A DNA stretch of 64,000 nt from a virus (IMGVR_UViG_3300021254_000020:32001-96000), one strand, 5' to 3'. Numbered from the stretch's first letter, positions 18,941-28,818 are shown. Translations and numbers: made by a program. The notes: generated from the sequence alone by a model not told the origin.

Positions 18941-19102
18941 TTAATCGTCCTGCTTAATACGAGCACGGAGCTTTTCACGAATCACAGACAGATCATCCTT
19001 CTCCCAATCAATCAGGTTATAGCCTTTCGTAGCATCCCAATCGAAAGAATCTGCGTATTCTTTCAGCTCCTCATAAGTCATTTCGTCCAAATGTTCCAAC
19101 AT
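18941..19102 (-). CDS. Small acidic protein, 53 aa (not in ORF track)
   Basis: MLEHLDEMTYEELKEYADSFDWD...; AAGGAGG RBS. Confidence 0.65.
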   Translation of the reverse strand: MLEHLDEMTYEELKEYADSFDWDATKGYNLIDWEKDDLSVIREKLRARIKQDD

Positions 19103-19127
19103 GGCGACTTCCTCCTTTATTATATCA

Positions 19128-19268
19128 TTACTTACGTTTAGAAATTAGTCTAAACGCTTTTATCATATTAATAATCCTAGGATATTTAGATTTTCTCTTA
19201 AACCTGTATTGGGGTTTCCCGAATGTTCTAATCATGTCCTCAAAAGAAGATATACGTACTATCTCCAT
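19128..19268 (-). CDS. Small basic protein, 46 aa (not in ORF track)
   Basis: MEIVRISSFEDMIRTFGKPQYRFKRKSKYPRIINMIKAFRLISKRK; AGGGTG RBS. Confidence 0.55.
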   Translation of the reverse strand: MEIVRISSFEDMIRTFGKPQYRFKRKSKYPRIINMIKAFRLISKRK

Positions 19269-19278
19269 TCTATCACCC

Positions 19279-21039
19279 TTATATTAATATAACAAACCGG
19301 CATACCTCTTCAGCCACGATATCGGGAATAACGTTGATAGGAATACCATTCCATTGTCTATTGTAGTAATCAATGGTCTGGAATTCACTGCTCAGTATCT
19401 GAGCTATCAGACCGAGAATGATTTCTTTCTCAATCTTTTCGTTATTGTATTTTTCGTGGATCATCGGGTACCATTCAGAAGATTCAATCTTCAGCAACTC
19501 TTTCTTATTGATACTCTTTCTAGTTACTACTCGATTAACTCTTCCACCAATCATATACGGTAACAGCATCATTTTATAAGACTCTAACAGCCTCTTAGCT
19601 GCTATCACTAATATGATATAGTTACGAATGTCTACGATCTTAGTAGATTGCGGATCGTTGAATTCCTTGGCAAAGAGATAGGTTACTAATGTCTTCTGCA
19701 AGCTGTTTACAATAAACTTGCCGTCTCTGCTCATTTCTTTTTTATAGAATTCGATCTCGCTTTCGTCGAATGGGCCATATTTGAGTTCAATCCTCTTCAT
19801 AGTAGTCTTACAGTTAGTGATGGTTTGCATCATAATCGCTTCATTGATTTTTGCAGCATGAGCTTCGAATTTATCACACTCACTGTTATTATCTTCATCA
19901 CGATTACTACTACTAAGAACTACAAATCCAAATTCATAAGGAACTTCAGTTACACGGAATTTAATGTCTCTATTTATTGCATTGTAGTTGAAGTGGATTA
20001 TGTTCTTGTTATAGGTATACTTAGGAATGATTTGCATGATAATGTTCTCTACCGTTTCAACTGAGTGAGTAGTAGAGTTCCTTCCACGGATTATCTGCAT
20101 ATCCCACAATACACCATTATTATTCATATTCTTATTAACGTTGCTGGTAGTAGTCTCATAGATCTTACTCCCCAAGTCTACGTTATAGATCTTATTACAG
20201 ATCTGGAATAGCAGGTCAAAGGCTTTTAGCAGTACATTCTTAATCTCTGCTTGAGGAATCTTCTTCTTAGTAATGAAGTGAGTTAGCAGAGGAATCATCA
20301 TATTCTGCATTACTGATATCTTCAGCATAATCTTAGCATGGAAGTCATTGTATTCCAATACCGGACTCTTATTATTCTTATAATTAAGTTCCAGATTATA
20401 CTGTTCTATATTCATCTTATCTAAACAGCAATTTAGATACTGACTAGTATAAGATGCATTCGGATTGATGAAGTTCTTCCAAAGGTCATGCAAGAACATA
20501 TCCAAGTTATATCTTGGTTCACAATCAATAAAGTATTTGAGCTGGGCATATAGCCCTAATAACTGCTTCTGAGTATCATAGTACTTCTCGAAGTAGTTCA
20601 TGTAGTTTGTGCAATGGTCTCTAAAACCTAAACTTACTTCCCCATCTTTAATCTTCGTATCGCTATTATAGCATCTCTTAGAAGTGACGTAGAAGTAGTC
20701 AATCATGTTGTTGGCTGCATCCTCATCACTCATATTATAGAACTTGTGAACTGGAGCTATTACGGCACCTCTTATATGAGAGAATATCCTATCTCCCGGC
20801 TCAGTAGGTTGCCACTGATCTATAGGAGGTTGAATAGTAGCAGGAATCCCCACCTGCTGTAGGCATTGTCCCTGGTTGTGGGTCGCAATCTGTTTACCGT
20901 TTTGATATATACCAGTACTTACTCTATATACTATAGGTATCAATTCGTTCTCTGGGTATAAAGAACGATTAAATACCATTCTAGGGCTATAGAAGCACTG
21001 ATCGTTATAAGTCATTCTGTTCTCAGTTCCATTTGGCAT
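19279..21039 (-). CDS. Large helical protein; possible promoter-specificity (fifth, sigma-like) subunit of the non-virion RNAP
   Basis: 586-aa ORF is clearly coding; the function is inferred only from size, helical character and phage type. Confidence 0.35.
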   Translation of the reverse strand: MPNGTENRMTYNDQCFYSPRMVFNRSLYPENELIPIVYRVSTGIYQNGKQIATHNQGQCLQQVGIPATIQPPIDQWQPTEPGDRIFSHIRGAVIAPVHKFYNMSDEDAANNMIDYFYVTSKRCYNSDTKIKDGEVSLGFRDHCTNYMNYFEKYYDTQKQLLGLYAQLKYFIDCEPRYNLDMFLHDLWKNFINPNASYTSQYLNCCLDKMNIEQYNLELNYKNNKSPVLEYNDFHAKIMLKISVMQNMMIPLLTHFITKKKIPQAEIKNVLLKAFDLLFQICNKIYNVDLGSKIYETTTSNVNKNMNNNGVLWDMQIIRGRNSTTHSVETVENIIMQIIPKYTYNKNIIHFNYNAINRDIKFRVTEVPYEFGFVVLSSSNRDEDNNSECDKFEAHAAKINEAIMMQTITNCKTTMKRIELKYGPFDESEIEFYKKEMSRDGKFIVNSLQKTLVTYLFAKEFNDPQSTKIVDIRNYIILVIAAKRLLESYKMMLLPYMIGGRVNRVVTRKSINKKELLKIESSEWYPMIHEKYNNEKIEKEIILGLIAQILSSEFQTIDYYNRQWNGIPINVIPDIVAEEVCRFVILI

Positions 21040-21090
21040 TTATATTCCCTCTCTCTTTTGGCGTCTGCTCGCCAAGAAAATCCTTTGTGT

Positions 21091-21384
21091 TTATTCACTT
21101 ACTTCTATCTCTTGAACATAGAAGCCCCCTAAAGGAGGAAACACTGCTGGAGATCCATATACAGGACCCTTGCTATCCTGCATATATGATTTCACATATT
21201 GTCGTTTCTCTTCTGCCCCCTTATACTTCTCGTTCAATTCAGCTACTACCCTTTCTGCCGTATCCTTGTTGGCATAGATCTTAATAATAGCTTGACTAGT
21301 AAGCCTTTTATATTTCATCTCCTCGAATACATAAGTCATAGTAGAAGATGAATAGAACAATAATGCTACCCCGTAAACTTTCAT
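21091..21384 (-). CDS. Hypothetical protein
   Basis: GAGGTG RBS. Confidence 0.65.
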   Translation of the reverse strand: MKVYGVALLFYSSSTMTYVFEEMKYKRLTSQAIIKIYANKDTAERVVAELNEKYKGAEEKRQYVKSYMQDSKGPVYGSPAVFPPLGGFYVQEIEVSE

Positions 21385-21448
21385 TTATAAATCACCTCTA
21401 ATATACTATGATGCATCACAGTTCTTCACTGCGATTTAATCTCATTAT

Positions 21449-22252
21449 TTACCTCTTCTTTCCAATGATTTTGGTAGTTTTAATAGTAGAGGCTAGTGAA
21501 CGAGTTCTATTGATTTTTTTCACTTCATTAGTTCTTTTAATATAACTGGTTTGGTGATCAACGTAATGAGCTGCCTTATTCAGACCAGATAAGTTGTTCT
21601 CCTGTTTGGATACTCGTACATTACCTTTCTGATTCTTCAGCTTTTTAAAATTCTGAGCGTATAAATACTTCTTATCAGAATCCATTACGTATTGATTAAC
21701 CCATTGCTTCATTTGGCTAATTGGGTGTGCTTCTAACCAATTCAGTTTATTAAACAATCCCTTATTTCTCATAAAAATATATGCGAAATAAATACTCTTA
21801 ACATAACCTGCCAGTATATTTGGGTTGGTTTTAGTTGGAGGTTCTTTAAGAGCTTTAGGACTAATCTTATTCTTCAATTCAGGAATAATCATGCCTTTCT
21901 TATTGAAGGCATGTGCAAAAGTGAATGTGAAATTTGGATCATTAGAGAAGAATCTAACCTTATAGTTATCCAGCTTCGCAATGCTGTAATCTAGATTGTC
22001 TTCTCCAGTGAATTCAATCATCACGTCATAATATAATTTTGGTGTAGTCTCACTTGGCATCTGTATGTATATTACGTATCTTTTTGGCTCAGATTTCCAC
22101 ATTAAGTAGTTAATCTGTCCACCACACATCAGAATCATTTTATTGTATTTATCATTATAAACCGACTGAGCTACTTCCTTTTCGCCAACCATATGACTTC
22201 TAGACCCAGACGGATTATCGATATACTGTTTGAAAGTATACTTCTCGGCCAT
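21449..22252 (-). CDS. Hypothetical basic protein
   Basis: 267-aa ORF, GAGGAGG RBS. Confidence 0.75.
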   Translation of the reverse strand: MAEKYTFKQYIDNPSGSRSHMVGEKEVAQSVYNDKYNKMILMCGGQINYLMWKSEPKRYVIYIQMPSETTPKLYYDVMIEFTGEDNLDYSIAKLDNYKVRFFSNDPNFTFTFAHAFNKKGMIIPELKNKISPKALKEPPTKTNPNILAGYVKSIYFAYIFMRNKGLFNKLNWLEAHPISQMKQWVNQYVMDSDKKYLYAQNFKKLKNQKGNVRVSKQENNLSGLNKAAHYVDHQTSYIKRTNEVKKINRTRSLASTIKTTKIIGKKR

Positions 22253-22355
22253 TGTTGTGACCTCCTCTTATAAAAGAGAGTAAACCCCCTAGGGTGACTA
22301 GTCCTAGGGGGTAGAAAATGTTGGACAACTCTATATAAATATGTTAGGTAGGTTT

Positions 22356-22568
22356 TTAAGATTGATTAATGTAGAACTCTCTTACAAACTGTTCTTGGTT
22401 TTCTCTAAACCATTCATCAGCTTCTAAATGAGAGAGATCTATTTTATAGAGTGGTTTGTGATAGCATCTTAATGCCTTCCTATACTTCTGAGGAAATACA
22501 TCCCAATTGTAGCCATGAATAGCCACATTAGAGATCTGTTTAATTAAGTAGAGTCTAGCGTTCATCAT
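22356..22568 (-). CDS. Hypothetical protein
   Basis: Overlapping operon arrangement. Confidence 0.55.
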   Translation of the reverse strand: MMNARLYLIKQISNVAIHGYNWDVFPQKYRKALRCYHKPLYKIDLSHLEADEWFRENQEQFVREFYINQS

Positions 22569-22755
22569 TAACTGCCTTTCTAAGACCAGGGAACACGAAC
22601 CGTTTTATAGTAACGATTTCTTCAATCTTGTGCTTAATCGATTGAATAAAGGTAATCAGTCTAGGATCGCATTTCAATGCCTTTCTTTTCTTTACTGAGA
22701 AGGAATCTAATATCTTCCTTCTATCAGAGATACGGCGTTTTCTTCTGTGTATCAT
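22555..22755 (-). CDS. Small basic protein
   Basis: GAGGT RBS, operon arrangement. Confidence 0.55.
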   Translation of the reverse strand: MIHRRKRRISDRRKILDSFSVKKRKALKCDPRLITFIQSIKHKIEEIVTIKRFVFPGLRKAVNDER

Positions 22756-22757
22756 GA

Positions 22758-22961
22758 TTAGCTACCTCTACCAGATCTCTTGTTAGCCTGATGAGTAGCA
22801 GACTTGTCGATACTCTTTAGACTAGCGTTTCTAACTGATTTGTTTACTGCCTCTTTAACCAGTCCATTCATCATCATAGTATCAACATCAGAACCATGCT
22901 GTTTCCGATTTAGATTGTCAAACACGGCTTTCATATTGTACTTCTTTTTTATTCCGCCCAT
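22758..22961 (-). CDS. Small basic protein
   Basis: Start overlaps the chaperonin stop region. Confidence 0.55.
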   Translation of the reverse strand: MGGIKKKYNMKAVFDNLNRKQHGSDVDTMMMNGLVKEAVNKSVRNASLKSIDKSATHQANKRSGRGS

Positions 22962-24877
22962 AATTCTCTTACCTCCTCTATAGAGATGAGATCTAATTTA
23001 GGAATCTCTTCCTCTTCATCTACCACTTCTTCTGTAGTGCCATCGGGACGGATTACAGTCTTGGCCTCCATATCCTTATAGATATTAAACTGAGGAGTAG
23101 GAAGCAGGAACTGATTGGTATTGAAGAGTACTGTGATGATACGGGAGATGCTATCAAGAATAGCAGGCTCACTCTTAATAGAGGTTAATACTGTACCATC
23201 ATATTTTTCAGTGATGATATTGAGAGGGCCACAGTCCTCTTTCAGCATTTTATGAATAGCCTCTTTGGTTAACTCCTCATCCTCAAAGTAGGGTTCATAC
23301 AGACGTTTGGTGATAGTCATATAAGCTGTAGCAACAAGGTTGTAGGTCAAGTTCAATACCTTGCAGTATTCAGCATCTTCATCAATTAATCTTCCCTTCT
23401 CGCATGAGTTGTAGAACGCATCCATGCTGGCACGTAAGCCTTCATAACTAGCACCATATCCAACACCGTCTTGAGCAGCAGATCTGCAGTTTAATACAGC
23501 GTCTTCTACAGCATCAGTCAAGCTACGTTTGTCACTGGTACCAATACCACCAACGTAGAGGTCAACCATATTGCCCTTAATGATATGGATACGTCTCTTC
23601 AGATTACCAATCTCTACTACTTCTTGATTAGTTTCCTGCAGCTTCTCCAACTGATCTTCCAAGTTGGATACATAGTTCTTGAAGTAATCAGTATACTCAT
23701 AGTTTTCATCACGCATTTTAGACGGATTGAGAATCTTGGTCTGGAGTTTATCTACAATGATCTTCTCTGCAGAACCTGCAAAGGTACGGATATTCATTTC
23801 ATTAGGAGCCAAACCCAATGCCTGATCTTTCTTGAAAGATTCAGGATCAATGTACTTCTTGATGAATTTACCACCACTCAGCTTACAGATATCAATCAGC
23901 TTATTAGGATCAGCAGCACCAGTCTGTACGATACAGAGACCATACCTCTGTTCTGGTTTTACGTTGTTATAACTAGCAATGATCTGATCCAGATAAGAGT
24001 TTGCATCACGGCTAAAGTGAGGAGCGAAGATGATAGTTGGGTAAGGCATAGTAACCTCACCTTTAGCAATCTTATCCTTGAGAGTACCATTCCGCTGAGC
24101 AGTTTGGAGTTTGATATTGGGCTCTTCAATCTCAGTATGAATAATGAGATGGAATATATCAATCATAGTAGGAGTATCTACAGGGCAATCAAATACGTAG
24201 ATATGAGGTTGCTCAAGAGTACAAGTATGATCAGAACGGTTGATGAAGCATGGATCCAGATAACCATTATCATAGATCATGCCATCGAATCCTTTGATTA
24301 CAGTCTCTTTAGCAGAGTTACCCTGTACATCAATGAATACACCCATACCATACTGCTTATAGATATCATAGATGACTTTGGCCATCTCTTCATTACCATC
24401 AAGAGAAGTGAGAGCAATGTCATAGATATCATCCAGAGTAGTCTTTCTGCCATTCTTTTCTACGGCTTCAGAGATTTCAGCAACTACATTCTTAAAGGCT
24501 TTGATAATCTTACGTTTCTTATAACCCATCTTTTGAAGAGTAACCAATCCTTCAAAGATGATATAAGAGAGCATAACTGCACTACTAGTACCGTCTCCCA
24601 CCACTTTGAGAACCTGAGTGCAGATATCACGAATCTCTTCTTTGAGAATTGATTCGATAGGCATATCGCATTCAATATTCTTGTGGATAGTAAATCCATC
24701 CTTAGAATAGTTGCTTACTGCCATCGTTTTCCCATCACTACTCATTTTAGAATAAGCAGTATAGCCTCCAAGAGGGCCATACGTCATACCCACAGTATCT
24801 GAGAACAATTTCAGTGCTCTCAGCTGTGCTTCTCTTAATGGCTTTTCGGGGACTACGTTGTCGACGAGCTTCTTCAT
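22949..24877 (-). CDS. groEL: Phage-encoded GroEL-like chaperonin
   Basis: TYGPLG, SKDGFTI, VGDGTSSA and EDAVL...GVGYG chaperonin motifs. Confidence 0.9.
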   Translation of the reverse strand: MKKLVDNVVPEKPLREAQLRALKLFSDTVGMTYGPLGGYTAYSKMSSDGKTMAVSNYSKDGFTIHKNIECDMPIESILKEEIRDICTQVLKVVGDGTSSAVMLSYIIFEGLVTLQKMGYKKRKIIKAFKNVVAEISEAVEKNGRKTTLDDIYDIALTSLDGNEEMAKVIYDIYKQYGMGVFIDVQGNSAKETVIKGFDGMIYDNGYLDPCFINRSDHTCTLEQPHIYVFDCPVDTPTMIDIFHLIIHTEIEEPNIKLQTAQRNGTLKDKIAKGEVTMPYPTIIFAPHFSRDANSYLDQIIASYNNVKPEQRYGLCIVQTGAADPNKLIDICKLSGGKFIKKYIDPESFKKDQALGLAPNEMNIRTFAGSAEKIIVDKLQTKILNPSKMRDENYEYTDYFKNYVSNLEDQLEKLQETNQEVVEIGNLKRRIHIIKGNMVDLYVGGIGTSDKRSLTDAVEDAVLNCRSAAQDGVGYGASYEGLRASMDAFYNSCEKGRLIDEDAEYCKVLNLTYNLVATAYMTITKRLYEPYFEDEELTKEAIHKMLKEDCGPLNIITEKYDGTVLTSIKSEPAILDSISRIITVLFNTNQFLLPTPQFNIYKDMEAKTVIRPDGTTEEVVDEEEEIPKLDLISIEEVRELWAE

Positions 24878-24895
24878 ATACTAATACCTCCTATA

Positions 24896-25540
24896 TTATC
24901 CCACTGGTTGTTGGTCGCTATACGGACTAATAAAGTTGAATATAGCCTTATTCATCCATCGAATAGCCAATGGGTTGATACCTGCTTTGGCATCCATCTT
25001 GAATCCTACATGATTCTTTGCCCAATCATATAAATAAACAACCTTTTTGTCGATATTCCATTTTCTACGTATTATATCTTCAATATCATAGATATATAGA
25101 ACATCGTACTTAGATACATCCTCTACATTGATCTTAGTATTCCAAAGATTAGTAAAATCTTTGCTACGTTTAACTTCTAAATCATTTTCACAGTTTATAG
25201 TAATCCTATACTTACCATCTTTGGCTCCTAGATACATCACGTTAGCAATTTCAGTGGGAGGAGAGTACTCTAGTACCTTATTCCACTTATCTGCCTTAAG
25301 TTCTCCATAGATTGTATCAGCATGACCAGCATATTCATCTTTAAATAAATACGCTATAGGATTTTCCTCACTTCTATTTAGAGCCATATATCTAAAGTAA
25401 TCGAAACTACTTTTACTGAGGAAATCATGATAGTAAGTTTGGTTTTTAGAACACAATCTCAAGTATAGGGCTGATCCTAATGCAGTATCATATATACAGT
25501 TGAAATCAACCAATATATTCTGATTATTATGCACTGCCAT
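24896..25540 (-). CDS. Hypothetical protein, possibly degenerate HAD-like fold
   Basis: N-terminal ILVDFNCIYDT and later YIYDIED. Confidence 0.45.
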   Translation of the reverse strand: MAVHNNQNILVDFNCIYDTALGSALYLRLCSKNQTYYHDFLSKSSFDYFRYMALNRSEENPIAYLFKDEYAGHADTIYGELKADKWNKVLEYSPPTEIANVMYLGAKDGKYRITINCENDLEVKRSKDFTNLWNTKINVEDVSKYDVLYIYDIEDIIRRKWNIDKKVVYLYDWAKNHVGFKMDAKAGINPLAIRWMNKAIFNFISPYSDQQPVG

Positions 25541-25603
25541 ACTCTATCACCTTCTAAAAAAGAGATCCCCGTTAAGGGATCTCTTGTTTTATTAAGGGGC
25601 TGA

Positions 25604-26425
25604 TTAATCAGCTCCCTCTACTAACTTTTTCAAAGCAGATGCATCATATGTTTGCTGAGACGGACCAGTAATAATACTCTGGTTAGTAGAACCAATAGCA
25701 GGACCGCTACCAAATGTAGTATCACCTACACCCATACCAGCATTACCACCAGCAAAGAATCCATTGCTTCTCTGCTGACGATGCAGATTACCGCTCAGGT
25801 CTACAGACATCTTAGCTGCGATCTTATCAAGATACGGATACACCTGACCGATTACACTGAATGCAGTTGCATTGGTCATTGCCAGATAGTATTGTTCCAA
25901 CTGGGTAATGATGCTATCGAGCTCGATGTTCTGGAAATGGCTAGTGTCTTGTTTAAATGCCTTCGGGTTGTTGACATTGAATCCTACAATAGCACTAGTA
26001 CCATCAATATTACATTCATAAGAATAGGAGAGTTCTACGTTACCCTCTTCACTTACACGACGAATGCTGATGACAGGACCACGTCCAGGATACCCAAACG
26101 TATCAGGTTTATCTACGGTGATAATAGCTTGGCTGGTTGCTACACCATAGTTATCATACTGATCAGGATCTTCTTTATAACCTTTAAGAATCTGAGCAAA
26201 CTGATTTGCTTTCTGCGGAGTCAGCCAGATATTGACACCATTCTTATAGCCATAACGAGGAGCTTCATCAGTACCTGATTCAATAGCGGGAATGATACTA
26301 ATACGAATAGTAGTCTTCCACATACTAAAAGTGATGCAAGTCTTATCAATCTTGCTCGTCGGGTTGTACAGTGCGATACCACTCACTGTAGGGGACCATG
26401 GTTCTTGTGCACCATAAAATGCCAT
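25604..26425 (-). CDS. Putative single-stranded DNA-binding protein
   Basis: Beta-rich body with G/Q-rich flexible tail, high-expression codon use, both promoter classes upstream; function inferred. Confidence 0.4.
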   Translation of the reverse strand: MAFYGAQEPWSPTVSGIALYNPTSKIDKTCITFSMWKTTIRISIIPAIESGTDEAPRYGYKNGVNIWLTPQKANQFAQILKGYKEDPDQYDNYGVATSQAIITVDKPDTFGYPGRGPVISIRRVSEEGNVELSYSYECNIDGTSAIVGFNVNNPKAFKQDTSHFQNIELDSIITQLEQYYLAMTNATAFSVIGQVYPYLDKIAAKMSVDLSGNLHRQQRSNGFFAGGNAGMGVGDTTFGSGPAIGSTNQSIITGPSQQTYDASALKKLVEGAD

Positions 26426-26633
26426 AATGTTTACCTCCTAAACACTAAATAAAATAAAAAATATTCATGTACCTAGGTGTTAATTGATTATTCAAGTCTG
26501 ATGACCAATCAGACTTGCAATACACACTAGAGTACATTTACGGCTATAGTGGTTTCTCCCACTACATTTATATAGTATATAGTTGAGAGTTATATTAGGA
26601 TAAATTGAGGTAGACCGAAGTCTACCTCTTTTA

Positions 26634-27839
26634 TTATTGATCTTTCTGGGCTTTGTATTTATTTAGCAGTGATTTGGATTTGGTATAAGACGTACCGCCC
26701 TTGGAGAGTTCTTTACGTCTCTTATCCATTTCCTTAAAGATACCAGTCCATTGTTTAAATACCTCTTTCTCATCAGGAGAGATATTCTCATCCATGTAGT
26801 CTTTCACATACATCATTGAAGTATTGATGCTATGGAGCAAATCAGGAAGAGCATCAGGCTCTGATTTATCCAGATTCTCTTGTTTCAGCATAAATCCTAC
26901 CAAATCATTCTTTGAGATATCCAAGCAGTCTACTACATTAGTCTGAATAGGATATTTAGCATTACGCATCATATCCAACATATCGTCTTCATTGATAGTA
27001 GTATAGCCATATTCTTCTAATAGCATATCGTCATCAATTCGACTCAAACGTTTAACGAAGTTAGCCAGCTCCTGTTTTTCTATCTTACTGGGGGTAAGCT
27101 CTTGTAACCTCTCAAGAGTCTTGATAGCAGAGATACGATAACCAAGAACGTCTTTATATATACGCATAACCCAAGCTAGTGTGATATATTTATTAGTGAT
27201 TTCCTTCTTGGTATTATAGCCAAGCTTATCAATTTTATCCATAGCAGATTTGATATCCCCTCTATAATCAGTCCAAGTGATGAAGTCAGCAAAGGTATCT
27301 TCGGCTTCCTTATATACACCGAGTTCGAAAATGCTAGTGCATTTTCTCAGACTATCCCTAAAAGCATAGGAGAGGATTTTCTGATAGTGAATAACGTCAC
27401 TCAGTTTCAATACGTCATCATTGTCTATCAGATATTTATCCAAAGCATGTACTACCTCTTCAGCAGGTGCACTATTATTTGTAAGAGCTCCAATATCATG
27501 TACAATTAAAGCAGCAATCTGCTTATAGTTTAACCCCAAATAAGAACCAAACAGTTTACCATCTAATTCTAGTACATATTTATCTACCCTATACCGATTA
27601 TCTTTAGTGATAATCTGTACTACCTTTTCTGGTTCGATCTCAGGCATAGCATATAACCCAAAGAATAACTTATCCTCATTTCTAGTGAAAATAACGTTAT
27701 CACATTCTGTTTCTGGGAATAATTTATTTAATGCTGATTTGAGATCATCCAGATTGCGTTGTACTGCATTACGCATAATAGCAGATATAGCCAGTTCTAC
27801 ATCTTCATATGCATTCCTAGTTTTATTTTCAGAATTCAT
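26634..27839 (-). CDS. Putative virion (head) protein
   Basis: 401-aa ORF with LLEE/INE protease-type motifs. Confidence 0.5.
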   Translation of the reverse strand: MNSENKTRNAYEDVELAISAIMRNAVQRNLDDLKSALNKLFPETECDNVIFTRNEDKLFFGLYAMPEIEPEKVVQIITKDNRYRVDKYVLELDGKLFGSYLGLNYKQIAALIVHDIGALTNNSAPAEEVVHALDKYLIDNDDVLKLSDVIHYQKILSYAFRDSLRKCTSIFELGVYKEAEDTFADFITWTDYRGDIKSAMDKIDKLGYNTKKEITNKYITLAWVMRIYKDVLGYRISAIKTLERLQELTPSKIEKQELANFVKRLSRIDDDMLLEEYGYTTINEDDMLDMMRNAKYPIQTNVVDCLDISKNDLVGFMLKQENLDKSEPDALPDLLHSINTSMMYVKDYMDENISPDEKEVFKQWTGIFKEMDKRRKELSKGGTSYTKSKSLLNKYKAQKDQ

Positions 27840-27909
27840 TAGTAGTCCTCCTTTATTTCAACAGCTTCGTAAGAAGTTCTTATTATTAAGTCGAGAGGAT
27901 GTGATTCTA

Positions 27910-28086
27910 ATGGAAAATAAGAACCATTATGTTATTGGCCCTAGGGCTTTGAATGACTACACGGCCAACCTACCAGAAAATGATCCTAGAAAGAAACAGA
28001 AGCCATGGTGGGAGAAAGAGAAGAAGGTGGCTAGTGTTGTAGTAGCATCTCCTATGGAGAGTAAAGTAAGACCTGAGAATTTCTAA
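27910..28086 (+). CDS. 58-aa protein carrying a capsid-protein peptide
   Basis: MENKNHYVIGPRALNDYTANLPENDPRKK...; GAGG RBS; 3' part of track ORF 27607-28086. Confidence 0.7.
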   Translation: MENKNHYVIGPRALNDYTANLPENDPRKKQKPWWEKEKKVASVVVASPMESKVRPENF

Positions 28087-28196
28087 TTCATACACAAGAA
28101 CGGAGTAGAGGTACCCATCCTCTACTCCAATTCCTTGTTTTAGTGTTTGAGAGAATACTAGTTAGTATCATCTTCTATTGTCGGAAAGGAACAACA

Positions 28197-28312
28197 GTAG
28201 TCGTATGATACATAGCATAGGCTTGCCAAAGCCATCCAAATATTAAGAGATTAATGAATTCGATCAGCGGATTTCCGTTCCAGCCCCAACCATTAGCTGT
28301 ACCGCCGACTAC
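28197..28312 (-). ncRNA. Candidate structured RNA
   Basis: Terminal stem GTAGTCG/CGACTAC, GC-richer interior, late promoter ACA-N6-TAG at 28309-28320, hairpin at 28102-28128 downstream. Confidence 0.4.
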
Positions 28313-28398
28313 TATACTGTTAGTACCTATGTAAAAACCTATTTTGATAAATAACTGTGTTCAGTAAAAATGCATATTTTCAATTGTATATTATCGAG

Positions 28399-28457
28399 GT
28401 GAATAAGAGGTTACTTAGATATAGATCTAGGTGTAAAATAGCTATGATCCTCTGTTT
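28399..28457 (+). promoter_or_regulatory. Conserved structured 5' leader, copy 2
   Basis: GAGGTT-[ACTTAGAT atag ATCTAGGT]-GTAAAATAGCTATGATCCT. Confidence 0.6.
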
Positions 28458-28485
28458 ACTTATCCTATAGAAAGGGGTATGTGCC

Positions 28486-28818
28486 ATGTCGACTCGTTTA
28501 TTTAAGATCAGATCATTTATGGATGCAGATATCGTTTCTGATAGCACCCATATTTATGATCGTATGATCGAACGCAAAATGAATATCCGTGATTTCCTGT
28601 ATCTCCTTGAATCCGCAGTAGATGACGTTCTTGATGAAGTCGATAGTGGCTTCGAAATTATGCTTCGTTCAAAGAGCATGAAAAAGAGCATCGTATTTGT
28701 AGCGGTATACAACGAGGAAAAGGACATCATTGATATTCAGATGATCACTTGCATCAATAAGTTTGCGGTAGTATCCGAAAAGGATGCTTATAAAACGCAT
28801 GCTTATGATGTAGCTTGA
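28486..28818 (+). CDS. Hypothetical early protein
   Basis: AAAGGGG RBS; STHIYDRMIER resembles DUF4258/RelE-like H..R..R starts (weak). Confidence 0.65.
   Translation: MSTRLFKIRSFMDADIVSDSTHIYDRMIERKMNIRDFLYLLESAVDDVLDEVDSGFEIMLRSKSMKKSIVFVAVYNEEKDIIDIQMITCINKFAVVSEKDAYKTHAYDVA

Noticed and set aside
18591-19141. Track ORFs 18591-18875 (-) and 18824-19141 (+)
   Set aside because: Shorter ORFs with good RBSs in other frames (18704-18850, 18941-19102) explain the region better.
23585-24652. 355-aa + strand ORF antisense to the chaperonin (likewise 25652-26278, 44821-45543, 6183-6671)
   Set aside because: Antisense shadows of well-supported genes.
27607-27909. N-terminal 101 codons of track ORF 27607-28086
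   Set aside because: Mostly antisense to gene 26634-27839; the RBS supports a start at ATG 27910.
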